From positions 1 to 57,275 of the forward strand of contig JAUCBJ010002023.1 in assembly GCA_032718475.1 (NCBI GenBank): a stretch of 57,275 nucleotides of DNA. Direction: 5' to 3'. Under the pieces are notes generated by a model, which was not told the origin of the DNA, ran no database searches, and saw only the letters and a list, made by a program, of their open reading frames with translations. A program made the translations under genes and the position numbers. Positions within the stretch are counted from its first letter, which is position 1; every line of letters starts with the position of its first letter. Positions 13,301-27,235 of this stretch are shown here, in pieces. This DNA comes from Nemertoderma westbladi (lineage: Eukaryota; Animalia; Xenacoelomorpha).

Positions 13301-16300
13301 ATCTCAATATTTTAACCACTCATAATGCAATAGATAGTAATCTTAATATTTTAACCACTCATGCAATAGATAGTAATCTCAATATTTTAACCACACTTGT
13401 TATAGATAGTAATCTCAATATTTCAACCACTTATGCTATATATAGTAATCTCAATATTTTAACTACTCGGTAATGCTATAGATACTGAAGTAATCTCAAT
13501 ATTTTAACCACTCGGTAATGCTATAGATAGTAATCTCAATATTTTAACCACACTTGTTATAGATAGTAATCTCAATATTTCAACCACACTTGCTATAGAA
13601 AGTAATCTCAATATTTCAACCACACCTGCTATAGATAGTAATCTCAATATTTCAACCACTTATGCTATATATAGTAATCTCAATATTTTAACCACTCATG
13701 CAATAGATAGTAATCTCAATATTTTAACCACACTTGCTATAGATAGTAATCTCAATATTTTAACCACTCGGGAATGCTATAGATACTGAAGTAATCTCAA
13801 TATTTTAACCACTTATGCTATATATAGTAATCTCAATATTTTAACCACTCATAATGCAATAGATAGTAATCTCAATATTTTAACCACACTTGCTATAGAT
13901 AGTAATCTTAATATTTTAACCACTCGGGAATGCTATAGATAGTAATCTCAATATTTTAACCACTCATAATGCAATAGATAGTAATCTCAATATTTTAACC
14001 ACACTTGCTATAAATAGTAATCTCAATATTTTAACCACTCGGGAATGCTATAGATACTGAGGTAATCTCAATATTTTAACCACTCATGCTATATATAGTA
14101 ATCTCAATATTTCAACCACTTATGCTATATATAGTAATCTCAATATTTTAACTACTCGGTAATGCTATAGATAGTAATCTCAATATTTTAACCACTCGGG
14201 AATGCTATAGATACTGAAGTAATCTCAATATTTTAACCACTTATGCTATATATAGTAATCTCAATATTTTAACCACTCATGCAATAGATAGTAATCTCAA
14301 TATTTTAACCACACTTGTTATAGATAGTAATCTCAATATTTCAACCACTTATGCTATATATAGTAATCTCAATATTTTAACTACTCGGTAATGCTATAGA
14401 TAGTAATCTCAATATTTTAACCACTCGGGAATGCTACAGATACTGAAGTAATCTCAATATTTTAACCACTTATGCTATAGATAGTAATCTCAATATTTTA
14501 ACCACTCGGGAATGCTATAGATACTGAAGTAATCTCAATATTTGAACCACTTATGCTATATATAGTAATCTCAATATTTTAACCACTCATAATGCAATAG
14601 ATAGTAATCTCAATATTTTAACCACACTTGCTATAGATAGTAATCTCAATATTTTCACCACACTTGCTATAGATAGTAATCTCAATATTTTAACCACACT
14701 TGCTATAGATAGTAATCTCAATATTTTAACCACTTATGCTATAGATAGTAATCTCAATATTTTAACCACTCGGGAATGCTATAGATACTGAAGTAATCTC
14801 AATATTTTAACCACTTATGCTATATATAGTAATCTCAATATTTTAACCACTCATAATGCAATAGATAGTAATCTCAATATTTTAACCACACTTGCTATAG
14901 ATAGTAATCTCAATATTTTAACCACACGTGCTATAGATAGTAATCTTAATATTTTAACCACTCATGCTATAGATAGTAATCTCAATATTTTAACCACACT
15001 TGTTATAGATAGTAATCTCAATATTTCAACCACTTATGCTATATATAGTAATCTCAATATTTTAACTACTCGGGAATGCTATAGATACTGAAGTAATCTC
15101 AATATTTTAACCACTTATGCTATATATAGTAATTTCAATATTTTAACCACTCATGCTATAAGTAGTAATCTCAATATTTTAACCACAATTGCTATAGATA
15201 GTAATCTCAATATTTTAACCACACCTGCTATAGATAGTAATCTTAATATTTTAACCACTCGGGAATGCTATAGATAGTAATCTCAATATTTTAACCACTC
15301 ATAATGCAATAGATAGTAATCTCAATATTTTAACCACACTTGCTATAGATAGTAATCTCAATATTTTAACCACACCTGCTATAGATAGTAATCTTAATAT
15401 TTTAACCACTCGGGAATGCTATAGATAGTAATCTCAATATTTTAACCACTTATGCTATAGATAGTAATCTCAATATTTTAACCACTCGGGAATGCTATAG
15501 ATACTGAAGTAATCTCAATATTTTAACCACTTATGCTATATATAGTAATCTCAATATTTTAACCACTCATAATGCAATAGATAGTAATCTCAATATTTTA
15601 ACCACACTTGCTATAGATAGTAATCTTAATATTTTAACCACTCGGGAATGCTATAGATAGTAATCTCAATATTTTAACCACTCATAATGCAATAGATAGT
15701 AATCTCAATATTTTAACCACACTTGCTATAGATAGTAATCTCAATATTTTAACCACACCTGCTATAGATAGTAATCTCAATATTTCAACCACACTTGCTA
15801 TAGAAAGTAATCTCAATATTTTAACCACTTATGCTATAGATAGTAATCTCAATATTTTAACCACTCGGGAATGCTATAGATACTGAAGTAATCTCAATAT
15901 TTTAACCACTTATGCTAAGTAATTTCAATATTTTAACCACTCATGCTATAAGTAGTAATCTCAATATTTTAACCACACTTGCTATAGATAGTAATCTCAA
16001 TATTTTAACCACACCTGCTATAGATAGTAATCTTAATATTTTAACCACTCGGGAATGCTATAGATAGTAATCTCAATATTTTAACCACTCATAATGCAAT
16101 AGATAGTAATCTCAATATTTTAACCACACTTGCTATAGATAGTAATCTCAATATTTTAACCACACCTGCTATAGATAGTAATCTTAATATTTTAACCACT
16201 CGGGAATGCTATAGATAGTAATCTCAATATTTTAACCACTTATGCTATAGATAGTAATCTCAATATTTTAACCACTCGGGAATGCTATAGATACTGAAGT

Positions 16301-19300
16301 AATCTCAATATTTTAACCACTTATGCTATATATAGTAATCTCAATATTTTAACCACTCATAATGCAATAGATAGTAATCTTAATATTTTAACCACTCATG
16401 CAATAGATAGTAATCTCAATATTTTAACCACACTTGTTATAGATAGTAATCTCAATATTTCAACCACTTATGCTATATATAGTAATCTCAATATTTTAAC
16501 CACACTTGTTATAGATAGTAATCTCAATATTTCAACCACTTATGCTATATATAGTAATCTCAATATTTTAACTACTCGGTAATGCTATAGATACTGAAGT
16601 AATCTCAATATTTTAACCACTCGGTAATGCTATAGATAGTAATCTCAATATTTTAACCACACTTGTTATAGATAGTAATCTCAATATTTCAACCACACTT
16701 GCTATAGAAAGTAATCTCAATATTTCAACCACACCTGCTATAGATAGTAATCTCAATATTTCAACCACTTATGCTATATATAGTAATCTCAATATTTTAA
16801 CCACTCATGCAATAGATAGTAATCTCAATATTTTAACCACACTTGCTATAGATAGTAATCTCAATATTTTAACCACTCGGGAATGCTATAGATACTGAAG
16901 TAATCTCAATATTTTAACCACTCATGCTATATATAGTAATCTCAATATTTCAACCACTTATGCTATATATAGTAATCTCAATATTTTAACCACTCATGCT
17001 ATATATAGTAATCTCAATATTTTAACCACTCATGCAATAGATAGTAATCTCAATATTTTAACCACACTTGCTATAGATAGTAATCTCAATATTTTAACCA
17101 CTCGGGAATGCTATAGATACTGAAGTAATCTCAATATTTTAACCACTTATGCTATATATAGTAATCTCAATATTTTAACCACTCATAATGCAATAGATAG
17201 TAATCTCAATATTTTAACCACACTTGCTATAGATAGTAATCTTAATATTTTAACCACTCGGGAATGCTATAGATAGTAATCTCAATATTTTAACCACTCA
17301 TAATGCAATAGATAGTAATCTCAATATTTTAACCACACTTGCTATAGATAGTAATCTCAATATTTTAACCACACCTGCTATAGATAGTAATCTCAATATT
17401 TCAACCACACTTGCTATAGAAAGTAATCTCAATATTTTAACCACTTATGCTATAGATAGTAATCTCAATATTTTAACCACTCGGGAATGCTATAGATACT
17501 GAAGTAATCTCAATATTTTAACCACTTATGCTAAGTAATTTCAATATTTTAACCACTCATGCTATAAGTAGTAATCTCAATATTTTAACCACACTTGCTA
17601 TAGATAGTAATCTCAATATTTTAACCACACCTGCTATAGATAGTAATCTTAATATTTTAACCACTCGGGAATGCTATAGATAGTAATCTCAATATTTTAA
17701 CCACTCATAATGCAATAGATAGTAATCTCAATATTTTAACCACACTTGCTATAGATAGTAATCTCAATATTTTAACCACACCTGCTATAGATAGTAATCT
17801 TAATATTTTAACCACTCGGGAATGCTATAGATAGTAATCTCAATATTTTAACCACTTATGCTATAGATAGTAATCTCAATATTTTAACCACTCGGGAATG
17901 CTATAGATACTGAAGTAATCTCAATATTTTAACCACTTATGCTATATATAGTAATCTCAATATTTTAACCACTCATAATGCAATAGATAGTAATCTTAAT
18001 ATTTTAACCACTCATGCAATAGATAGTAATCTCAATATTTTAACCACACTTGTTATAGATAGTAATCTCAATATTTCAACCACTTATGCTATATATAGTA
18101 ATCTCAATATTTTAACTACTCGGTAATGCTATAGATACTGAAGTAATCTCAATATTTTAACCACTCGGTAATGCTATAGATAGTAATCTCAATATTTTAA
18201 CCACACTTGTTATAGATAGTAATCTCAATATTTCAACCACACTTGCTATAGAAAGTAATCTCAATATTTCAACCACACCTGCTATAGATAGTAATCTCAA
18301 TATTTCAACCACTTATGCTATATATAGTAATCTCAATATTTTAACCACTCATGCAATAGATAGTAATCTCAATATTTTAACCACACTTGCTATAGATAGT
18401 AATCTCAATATTTTAACCACTCGGGAATGCTATAGATACTGAAGTAATCTCAATATTTTAACCACTCATGCTATATATAGTAATCTCAATATTTCAACCA
18501 CTTATGCTATATATAGTAATCTCAATATTTTAACCACTCATGCTATATATAGTAATCTCAATATTTTAACCACTCATGCAATAGATAGTAATCTCAATAT
18601 TTTAACCACACTTGCTATAGATAGTAATCTCAATATTTTAACCACTCGGGAATGCTATAGATACTGAAGTAATCTCAATATTTTAACCACTTATGCTAAA
18701 TATAGAATCTCAATATTTTAACCACTCATGCAATAGATAGTAATCTCAATATTTTAACCACACTTGCTATAGATAGTAATCTCAATATCTTAACCACTCG
18801 GGAATGCTATAGATACTGAAGTAATCTCAATATTTTAACCACTTATGCTATATATAGTAATCTCAATATTTTAACCACTCATGCTATAAGTAGTAATCTC
18901 AATATTTTAACCACACTTGCTATAGATAGTAATCTCAATATTTTAACCACACCTGCTATAGATAGTAATCTTAATATTTTAACCACTCGGGAATGCTATA
19001 GATAGTAATCTCAATATTTTAACCACTCATAATGCAATAGATAGTAATCTCAATATTTTAACCACACTTGCTATAGATAGTAATTGCAATATTTTAACCA
19101 CACCTGCTATAGATAGTAATCTTAATATTTTAACCACTCGGGAATGCTATAGATAGTAATCTCAATATTTTAACCACTTATGCTATAGATAGTAATCTCA
19201 ATATTTTAACCACTCGGGAATGCTATAGATACTGAATTAATCTCAATATTTTAACCACTTATGCTATATATAGTAATCTCAATATTTTAACCACTCATAA

Positions 19301-22286
19301 TGCAATAGATAGTAATCTTAATATTTTAACCACTCATGCAATAGATAGTAATCTCAATATTTTAACCACACTTGTTATAGATAGTAATCTCAATATTTCA
19401 ACCACTTATGCTATATATAGTAATCTCATTATTTTAACTACTCGGTAATGCTATAGATACTGAAGTAATCTCAATATTTTAACCACTCGGTAATGCTATA
19501 GATAGTAATCTCAATATTTTAACCACACTTGTTATAGATAGTAATCTCAATATTTCAACCACACTTGCTATAGAAAGTAATCTCAATATTTCAAACACAC
19601 CTGCTATAGATAGTAATCTCAATATTTCAACCACTTATGCTATATATAGTAATCTCAATATTTTAACCACTCATGCAATAGATAGTAATCTCAATATTTT
19701 AACCACACTTGCTATAGATAGTAATCTCAATATTTTAACCACTCGGGAATGCTATAGATACTGAAGTAATCTCAATATTTTAACCACTCATGCTATATAT
19801 AGTAATCTCAATATTTCAACCACTTATGCTATATATAGTAATCTCAATATTTTAACCACTCATGCTATATATAGTAATCTCAATATTTTAACCACTCATG
19901 CAATAGATAGTAATCTCAATATTTTAACCACACTTGCTATAGATAGTAATCTCAATATTTTAACCACTCGGGAATGCTATAGATACTGAAGTAATCTCAA
20001 TATTTTAACCACTTATGCTAAATATAGAATCTCAATATTTTAACCACTCATGCAATAGATAGTAATCTCAATATTTTAACCACACTTGCTATAGATAGTA
20101 ATCTCAATATTTTAACCACTCGGGAATGCTATAGATACTGAAGTAATCTCAATATTTTACCACTCATGCTATATACCGGTATAATAATCTCAATATTTCA
20201 ACCACTTATGCTATATATAGTAATCTCAATATTTTAACCACTCATGCAATAGATAGTAATCTCAATATTTTAACCACACTTGCTATACATAGTAATCTCA
20301 ATATTTTAACCACTCGGGAATGCTATAGATACTGAAGTAATCTCAATATTTTAACCACTCATGCTATATATAGTAATCTCAACATTTTAACCAATCATGC
20401 AATAGATAGTAATCTCAATATTTTAACCACTTATGCTATATATAGTAATCTCAATATTTTAACCACTCATGCAATAGATAGTAATCTCAATACTTTAACC
20501 ACACACTTGCTATACATAGTAATCTCAATATTTTAACCACTCGGGAATGCTATAGATACTGAAGTAATCTCAATATTTTAACCACTCATGCTATATATAG
20601 TAATCTCAACATTTTAACCAATCATGCAATAGATAGTAATCTCAATATTTTAACCACTTATGCTATATATAGTAATCTCAATATTTTAACCACTCATGCA
20701 ATAGATAGTAATCTCAATATTTTAACCACACGTGCTATAGATAGTAATCTCAATATTTTAGCCACTTATGCTATAGATAGTAATCTCAATATTTTAACCA
20801 CACTTGCTATAGATAGTAATCTCAATATTTTAACCACTCGGGAATGCTATAGATACTGAAGTAATCTCAATATTTTACCACTCATGCTATATACCAGTAT
20901 AGTAATCTCAATATTTTAACCACACCTGCTATATACCGGTATAGTAATCTCAATATTTTAACCACACGTGCTATAGATAGTAATCTCAATATTTTAACCA
21001 ATCATGCTATAGGTAGTAATCTCAATATTTTAACCACACGTGCTATAGATAGTAATCTCAATATTTTAACCACTCATGCTATAGGTAGTAATCTCAATAT
21101 TTTAACCACACTTGCTATAGATAGTAATCTCAATATTTTAACCACACGTGCTATAGATAGTAATCTCAATATTTTAACCACACGTGCTATAGATAGTAAT
21201 CTCAATATTTTAACCACACTTGCTATAGATAGTAATCTCAATATTTTAACCACACGTGCTATAGATAGTAATCTCAATATTTTAACCAATCATGCTATAG
21301 GTAGTAATCTCAATATTTTAACCACACTTGCTATAGATAGTAATCTCAATATTTTAACCACACGTGCTATAGATATTAATCTCAATATTTTAACCACTCA
21401 TGCTATAGGTAGTAATCTCAATATTTTAACCACACTTGCTATAGATAGTAATCTCAATATTTTAACCACACGTGCTATAGATAGTAATCTCAATATTTTA
21501 ACCAATCATGCTATAGGTAGTAATCTCAATATTTTAACCAATCATGCTATAGGTAGTAATCTCAATATTTTAACCACACGTGCTATAGATATTAATCTCA
21601 ATATTTTAACCACTCATGCTATAGGTAGTAATCTCAATATTTTAACCACACCTGCTATAGATAGTAATCTCAATATTTTAACCACACGTGCTATAGATAG
21701 TAATCTCAATATTTTAACCAATCATGCTATAGGTAGTAATCTCAATATTTTAACCACACTTGCTATAGGTAGTAATCTCAATATTTTAACCAATCATGCT
21801 ATAGGTAGTAATCTCAATATTTTAACCACACGTGCTATAGATATTAATCTCAATATTTTAACCACTCATGCTATAGGTAGTAATCTCAATATTTTAACCA
21901 TACTTGCTATAGATAGTAATCTCAATATTTTTACCACACGTGCTATAGATAGTAATCTCAATATTTTAACCACTCATGCTATAGGTAGTAATCTCAATAT
22001 TTTAACCACACTTGCTATAGATAGTAATCTCAATATTTTAACCACACGTGCTATAGATAGTAATCTCAATATTTTAACCAATCATGCTATAGGTAGTAAT
22101 CTCAATATTTTAACCACACGTGCTATAGATAGTAATCTCAATATTTTAACCACTCATGCTATAGGTAGTAATCTCAATATTTTAACCACACTTGCTATAG
22201 ATAGTAATCTCAATATTTTAACCACACGTGCTATAGATAGTAATCTCAATATTTTAACCACACGTGCTATAGATAGTAATCTCAAT
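4301..22286 (+). repeat. 18-kb satellite array, 36-bp monomer (variants of 39 and 43 bp), roughly 480 units
   Basis: Consensus GCTATAGATAGTAATCTCAATATTTTAACCAC followed by a short variable tail (ACTT, ACCT, ACGT, TCAT, TTAT, TCGGTAAT, TCGGGAAT). A GATACTGAAGTAA insertion variant is common in the centre. Confidence 0.99.
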
Positions 22287-23523
22287 CATGTCACACCTGA
22301 TTTATATCAACAATTATTGAAAGCCGAGAGTAATTGGGCTTCATTTGACACTAGTTAATTCAATTCATGAAGGGAAACGTTCATAAAAATGCTGTTTATT
22401 GATAAACTCGGCAGATAAGTGTCTGCAGCCAGGTATGCAGCCAGTCTTATTGCAGTCCAGTAGGCCTACAACAGTTCATTGTTGCTTACTTTAGTAAGTT
22501 ACGGTGTCCACCTACAGACTCCCAATAACAAATTACCTTTGCGCCATACATTCTAGATATACATATTTTTCTAGAACGATTTGGACATTTTTTATAATAG
22601 AAAATAAAGCAAATATACGACAGGGTGTAGTATAATGAATTAATATTAAACTATACAGTATTATAACATACAAACACAAAACAGTATAATGTTTATAAAT
22701 TAATTAATAACACTGAGGAAATTAATGCAAAAAGTTTATACAAAATAAATTAGTTTACAGCTTTCTCATCATGATATTACAATCATTTATAGCCTAAAGG
22801 TTTATACAGTATGTATATATAGTTAACAACCGATGCAACAAAGCATTTGCTCGTAATATTAGAGTTCATTTATATATAGGATTTTATCGAATCGGTATAT
22901 ACAATATATCAATAAATATTTATTAAAGGATGAGGCCTAATTGTTTAATTGGTTAATGTCAGTTTATTGACTTTACGTTCAATACGATATGAAGTATACT
23001 GGCTGCATGCAGTCTGTGACTCATAAAAACAAAATAAGTATACTTTTAATATTTACAGTTGATTACATATACAGGGCCCGTATATAAAAAAAAATAGCTG
23101 ATTAAACTAAGCATTTATTTTTATACTCCGAATTGGTACATGTAGTTACTGCAGTAAATTTAAGATACTCAGAATAATTATACATGTAACACTGAATTAT
23201 ACAGACGGAGATTGTACTGTACAGTATTTACACAGTTAATTGGTAATGAGACGGTATATTTAATCGTTACACTGTATACAGCATGTCTAAACTAGAAGGT
23301 AGGTTTAGGCCTACTCGTTTTATACTGTATACTGTACTGAATACAGTTTATACTGTTTTATACTACACAATGGAATGTACCTAAATAAACATCTTATTGT
23401 ACAGTACTACACAAATACTACATACACACATATTATTGTTTATTGTACAGTATGTGGTAAACAACGAACAGTTATTAAATGAATGCATTTATGGTAGACC
23501 CACTAGGACTACCTGTATGTGAG

Positions 23524-23730
23524 TTATGAAATTAACAACACCACTAATCCAACTGGTAAAACAAAGAATGCAGCCACAATATTGGTTGCCTGGGATACCA
23601 GTACCGGCATGGTTGGCGGATTGCAGACGATTACGTCATCGGGGTCTTCTTGAACATCAGACTGGCAGCAGAAGGTCATACAGGCGGCGTGGTCATTTGC
23701 TCCTGCACTACCCTTCTTGTATGGACTCAC
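23524..23730 (-). CDS. Ly6/uPAR (three-finger)-like GPI-anchored protein, exon 3 (terminal)
   Basis: Acceptor TTTCGGGTAG| at 23731, phase 0. Encodes VSPYKKG...CMTFCCQSD...IVCNPP...VAAFFVLPVGLVVLLIS*: the CC...CN motif plus a hydrophobic GPI-signal-like tail. Confidence 0.8.
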   Translation of the reverse strand: MSPYKKGSAGANDHAACMTFCCQSDVQEDPDDVIVCNPPTMPVLVSQATNIVAAFFVLPVGLVVLLIS

Positions 23731-24152
23731 CTACCCGAAATGATGTTAAAATATATGTAATTATTAAATAATTAGTTTTAGTTCTGTTGTAATATAAATT
23801 CATAACATAGATCGTTTAAATCATAAAGTAAAGCTCATTAAGTTGTTGTAGGACTATGAAAGGTGAGACAAAACTTGAGCCATCTGCCTTATAGTATAAC
23901 ACATCCACGATTGAAATCATTTAAAATTGTATCATGTTTTTTTGTAAAATTTGTAATTTTTTCCAAGAATTCGAGGGGGTGTCTAGTCTAACCCCCCCCC
24001 CCCCCCCAAAGTTTAAGGTCTGAGTTTATAGGATTAAATTCGAAATAATAAAAACATTATCAGCAAGTAGAATATCCGTAACCAAGGATATGACTTCATT
24101 CAGTGGCGCAGTAATACAGTTTTGTTTATGTATAGTTCTGGTAAAAACTAAC

Positions 24153-24290
24153 ATCGCACTGATTCCTTTCGCTGAAATTGTTTTCTATTAAGGTACCAGC
24201 AGACGATTTGCAGGTTAGATCATCTTTACTGAGACATCCTCCTTTATAATAGATTGGACTAGCTGAGGACGTCGGCACAAAAACGCCACC
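24153..24290 (-). CDS. Ly6/uPAR-like protein, exon 2
   Basis: Acceptor TTTGTGACAG| and donor |GTTAGT; 138 nt, phase 0/0. Encodes GGVFVPTSSASPIYYKGGCLSKDDLTCKSSAGTLIENNFSERNQCD. Absent from the supplied ORF track. Confidence 0.75.
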
Positions 24291-24511
24291 CTGTCACAAA
24301 ATATTACAAAATATGTTATAGTTTACAGGTTAGGGCCCACCGTGTCTGGTGGAGTACGCGCGAAGGGTTACATAATAATATAAGGAAGGGTCTACAGTAT
24401 GTCTGTCATTACAGAGTTGCAATTTATTTTCGTCACATTTTTCACATTACTGTACATACAAAAAAAACATGTTATTACTTTATTGTATGTATTCTGTGCT
24501 AGACCTACCCA

Positions 24512-25010
24512 CAGGTGCGTGCAGAAGGGGTGGCCGGGGGGGGGGGGGGGGGTGGTGGGGGGCTCTGCCCGGGCGCCAAAATTTGTGCTGTTGTGGCGTA
24601 CACCGATATACTGAGTAGGCCTACTATACTATAAGATGGGATCTAGGACACTTCCCGCCCGGACAGTTCCCCCCCGGACACTCCCCCCCCCCCCCCGGAC
24701 ACTCCCCCCCCCGCCCAAGTAGGACACTTCCCCCCGGACACTTCCCCCCCAGTTAAAGTGTTAAAATTAATCTGGGTGCACCAAAGCAATAAACAAAAGT
24801 TAAAGATGGTTACATGACAAGTTGTATCTAGTCAAGCTTTTTTAAAATTATAAAAGAAACATTTTTATAGTCAAATTTTGTTTGTTTTTCTTTTAATTGG
24901 GGGCTGCCGCCCCCAAACCCCCGCTTCTTTTGTTGGGGGCTACCGCCCCCAGACCCCCGCTTCTTTGGTTGGGGGCTGCCGCCCCCAAACCCCGGCATTC
25001 CCTGTGTGCC
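24512..25010. mobile_element. Cluster of MITE fragments in intron 1 of the Ly6-like gene
   Basis: CAGGTGCGTGCAGA end, GGACACTTCCCCCC tandem subterminal repeats (24640-24750) and TTGGGGGCTGCCGCCCC repeats (24895-24995). Confidence 0.5.
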
Positions 25011-25546
25011 CGTGGTGAAAGACTTTAAGACCATTTTGAAATAATTCATTCATGTTTGTATCATCAGATAATAAATTGACTAAGCCTAATGTAGGAGCTG
25101 TATTGAGTGTTAACCAATTTAATATATAAATTACTACCATATTATATAATTCAACAAAATCCTATTAAAAATATTGCAAGTAACCAGGAAATTTAATTAA
25201 TTTATCAACATGTAATGCTGAACACAGAATACATGTCGACGCATGTCGATTTTACCCTTGTATTAATTAGTATTACTGAACCTGTTCGATGCGGTCGTTG
25301 AATTTTACTTCTGTATGCTGTTTTGGTCGATTTGTCCTGGAGAGGAATAAATTTTGAATGCGTCGAAAATGTTTTGGCCTGTTACGTAAAGGGTTAAGTT
25401 TTAACATATTTAGAATAATGTGGAGTTTATTCACAAATAAACTCTGGACTGTATCACATAGTAGTCTACAGTAGGCCCCTATAGCCTGCACATTTTAATT
25501 TACATAACAATTTACAATTTACAAATCTGGACTGCACATTACTTAC

Positions 25547-25744
25547 ATAACAAGTCTCTCCCTCGCATTTTCTACTATCTTCATACAATATCCCGTAACA
25601 ACGGCCGTCATTCTTACGTTCACACATAAACTCATATTCGTAGCACCAGACATTGTCTGAGCTAGTAGTCGCAGCGTGAACTGTACCACAACAAAATGAC
25701 AATACCAAGTAGAACAAAACCGACTGGAAAAGTAATGACATCAT
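25547..25744 (-). CDS. Ly6/uPAR-like protein, exon 1 (signal peptide and first cysteines)
   Basis: MMSLLFQSVLFYLVLSFCCGTVHA signal peptide, then VWCYEYEFMC...RCY...KCEGETCY and a perfect donor |GTAAGT at 25546. 198 nt, phase 0. The three exons join into 180 aa with 12 Cys in the mature part. Confidence 0.8.
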
Positions 25745-26680
25745 TCTGGTTGTTATGACAGCAAATAAGTTGTGGATTTTATAAAATATAATGGGTAGGA
25801 TGTTCTATACGAAATGTGGTATCGCAGTTAATAATGATAAATAATATATATCAAAAATACCAAATCACGATTAAAATGAAAGTGATTCAATGAAACAGTA
25901 ATTCGCTTAAATTTCTGCTTTGCAATTGTAATATATAGTTTATATTATATTGGTGATGCTGGAAGTATTTTGTACGCAGCTGTTGCCCCAAGACATTGCT
26001 ATACTGCCTTCCGCCAGTAGTTATGCAGTGAGCGCTGTTCTGTTCAGTATAATATTCCGTTGGCTTTCGTTTTAGGCAACCGATGCAATGAATCATCACG
26101 GTTCCTTCAAAAGCAGTTTGACTATTCAGAGTTCATATAGGGAATCGGAGTTGCCAGATGCTTTGTTATTATGTGAGAATAGCTCCTTCCCTAACAGGAA
26201 GTACATTCTAAACCATGCAGTTTACTGTAATGGCATGTTATGAGGTACTTGTGGAGGGAGCCACGAAGGTGGTTTATATATATATAACAAGCCCCTGTTA
26301 GTCAGGATGTCGCGTACGACCTTTAATTATCATTTCACGAAGGTGGCCGTCAGCAGATCTGTTTGCCTAATAAAGTGTGTTTTTTCAATATTCATCAGAC
26401 CACTCAGAACTCGATTTAGGTAGGGAATCATTTCACATGTTTTGGTGAGTGTGATTCCATATTTTTGTTGTCAGATAGATCTATTCTTTCGATTCTATGT
26501 CTATATTTGACTCTTTCAGAACATGCAGTAAAAACTTTTTGTAAAAATATTTTTGGTATATTATTAAAATAATATTAAATTAAAATTATCAAAAGAAAAA
26601 GTGAGTATTAATAATAAAAGTAATACAAAACATTGACTATACAAATTATTTAACTTTTTAAATTATTAAACGGATTTTTC

Positions 26681-26826
26681 AACTATCCGGCCGGATTACC
26701 GGATAGCAGCTTTGCCCAAACGGATATCCGGTCTGATCGGATATCCGGTCGGATCGGATAACCGGTCTGATCGGATATCCGGTCTGATCGGATATCTGGT
26801 CGGATCGGATATCCGGTGCACCCCTA
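26681..26826 (-). mobile_element. One end of a hAT-like MITE with an 18-bp palindromic tandem repeat
   Basis: Terminus TAGGGGTGCACCGGATATCCG on the minus strand; about 5 copies of GGATATCCGGTC(T/G)GATC. The other end was not found. Confidence 0.55.
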
Positions 26827-27084
26827 CTTGGAACATAACGAACCCTTAGAACCATAACCAGCCATCTCCACATTTTGTCAAAATTTATTTAATGGTAGGG
26901 GCTACTGTTGGAATGCTGAACTGAAAGTAGTTTCCATGATTAAAGGCTAAAGTCAATATCTGCATTCAAACTAGCAGATCTGGCAAGTCATAAAACCGAT
27001 GTCCAAATAACATATTTCGGAGGAATGAGCCGTGTCCAATAACGAGGCTGGGTTTTACAATAATTAGGCATGTCCATTGACGTG

Positions 27085-27235
27085 GCTCATACAAAATTTT
27101 AGAAATTTTCCAAGAGTAATTTATATGTCGGCCTCCGAGAAGGCAAAGCAGTTAAGGTTAACTATATTAATTTCGGTAACAAAGCGGCATTTTCAGCGTG
27201 TCCTTTCACGAAAATTACTTATTTTCTACTCTAAG
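27085..27235 (+). repeat. Second fragment of the element at 317-610
   Basis: TTTAGAAATTTTCCAAG...GGCCT(T/C)CGAGAAG...GCAGTTAA...CATTTTCA is shared with 480-600. Confidence 0.6.

Noticed and set aside
5471-21289. ORFs of VVKILRLLSIA / LTTHAIDSNLNI repeats
   Set aside because: Artefacts of a 36-bp unit; 43-bp variants and stops break the frames throughout.
4301-22286. CRISPR-like array (constant ~30-bp repeat plus variable segment)
   Set aside because: The variable parts are only 4-9 nt drawn from a few recurring variants rather than unique spacers. No cas genes, and the context is eukaryotic.
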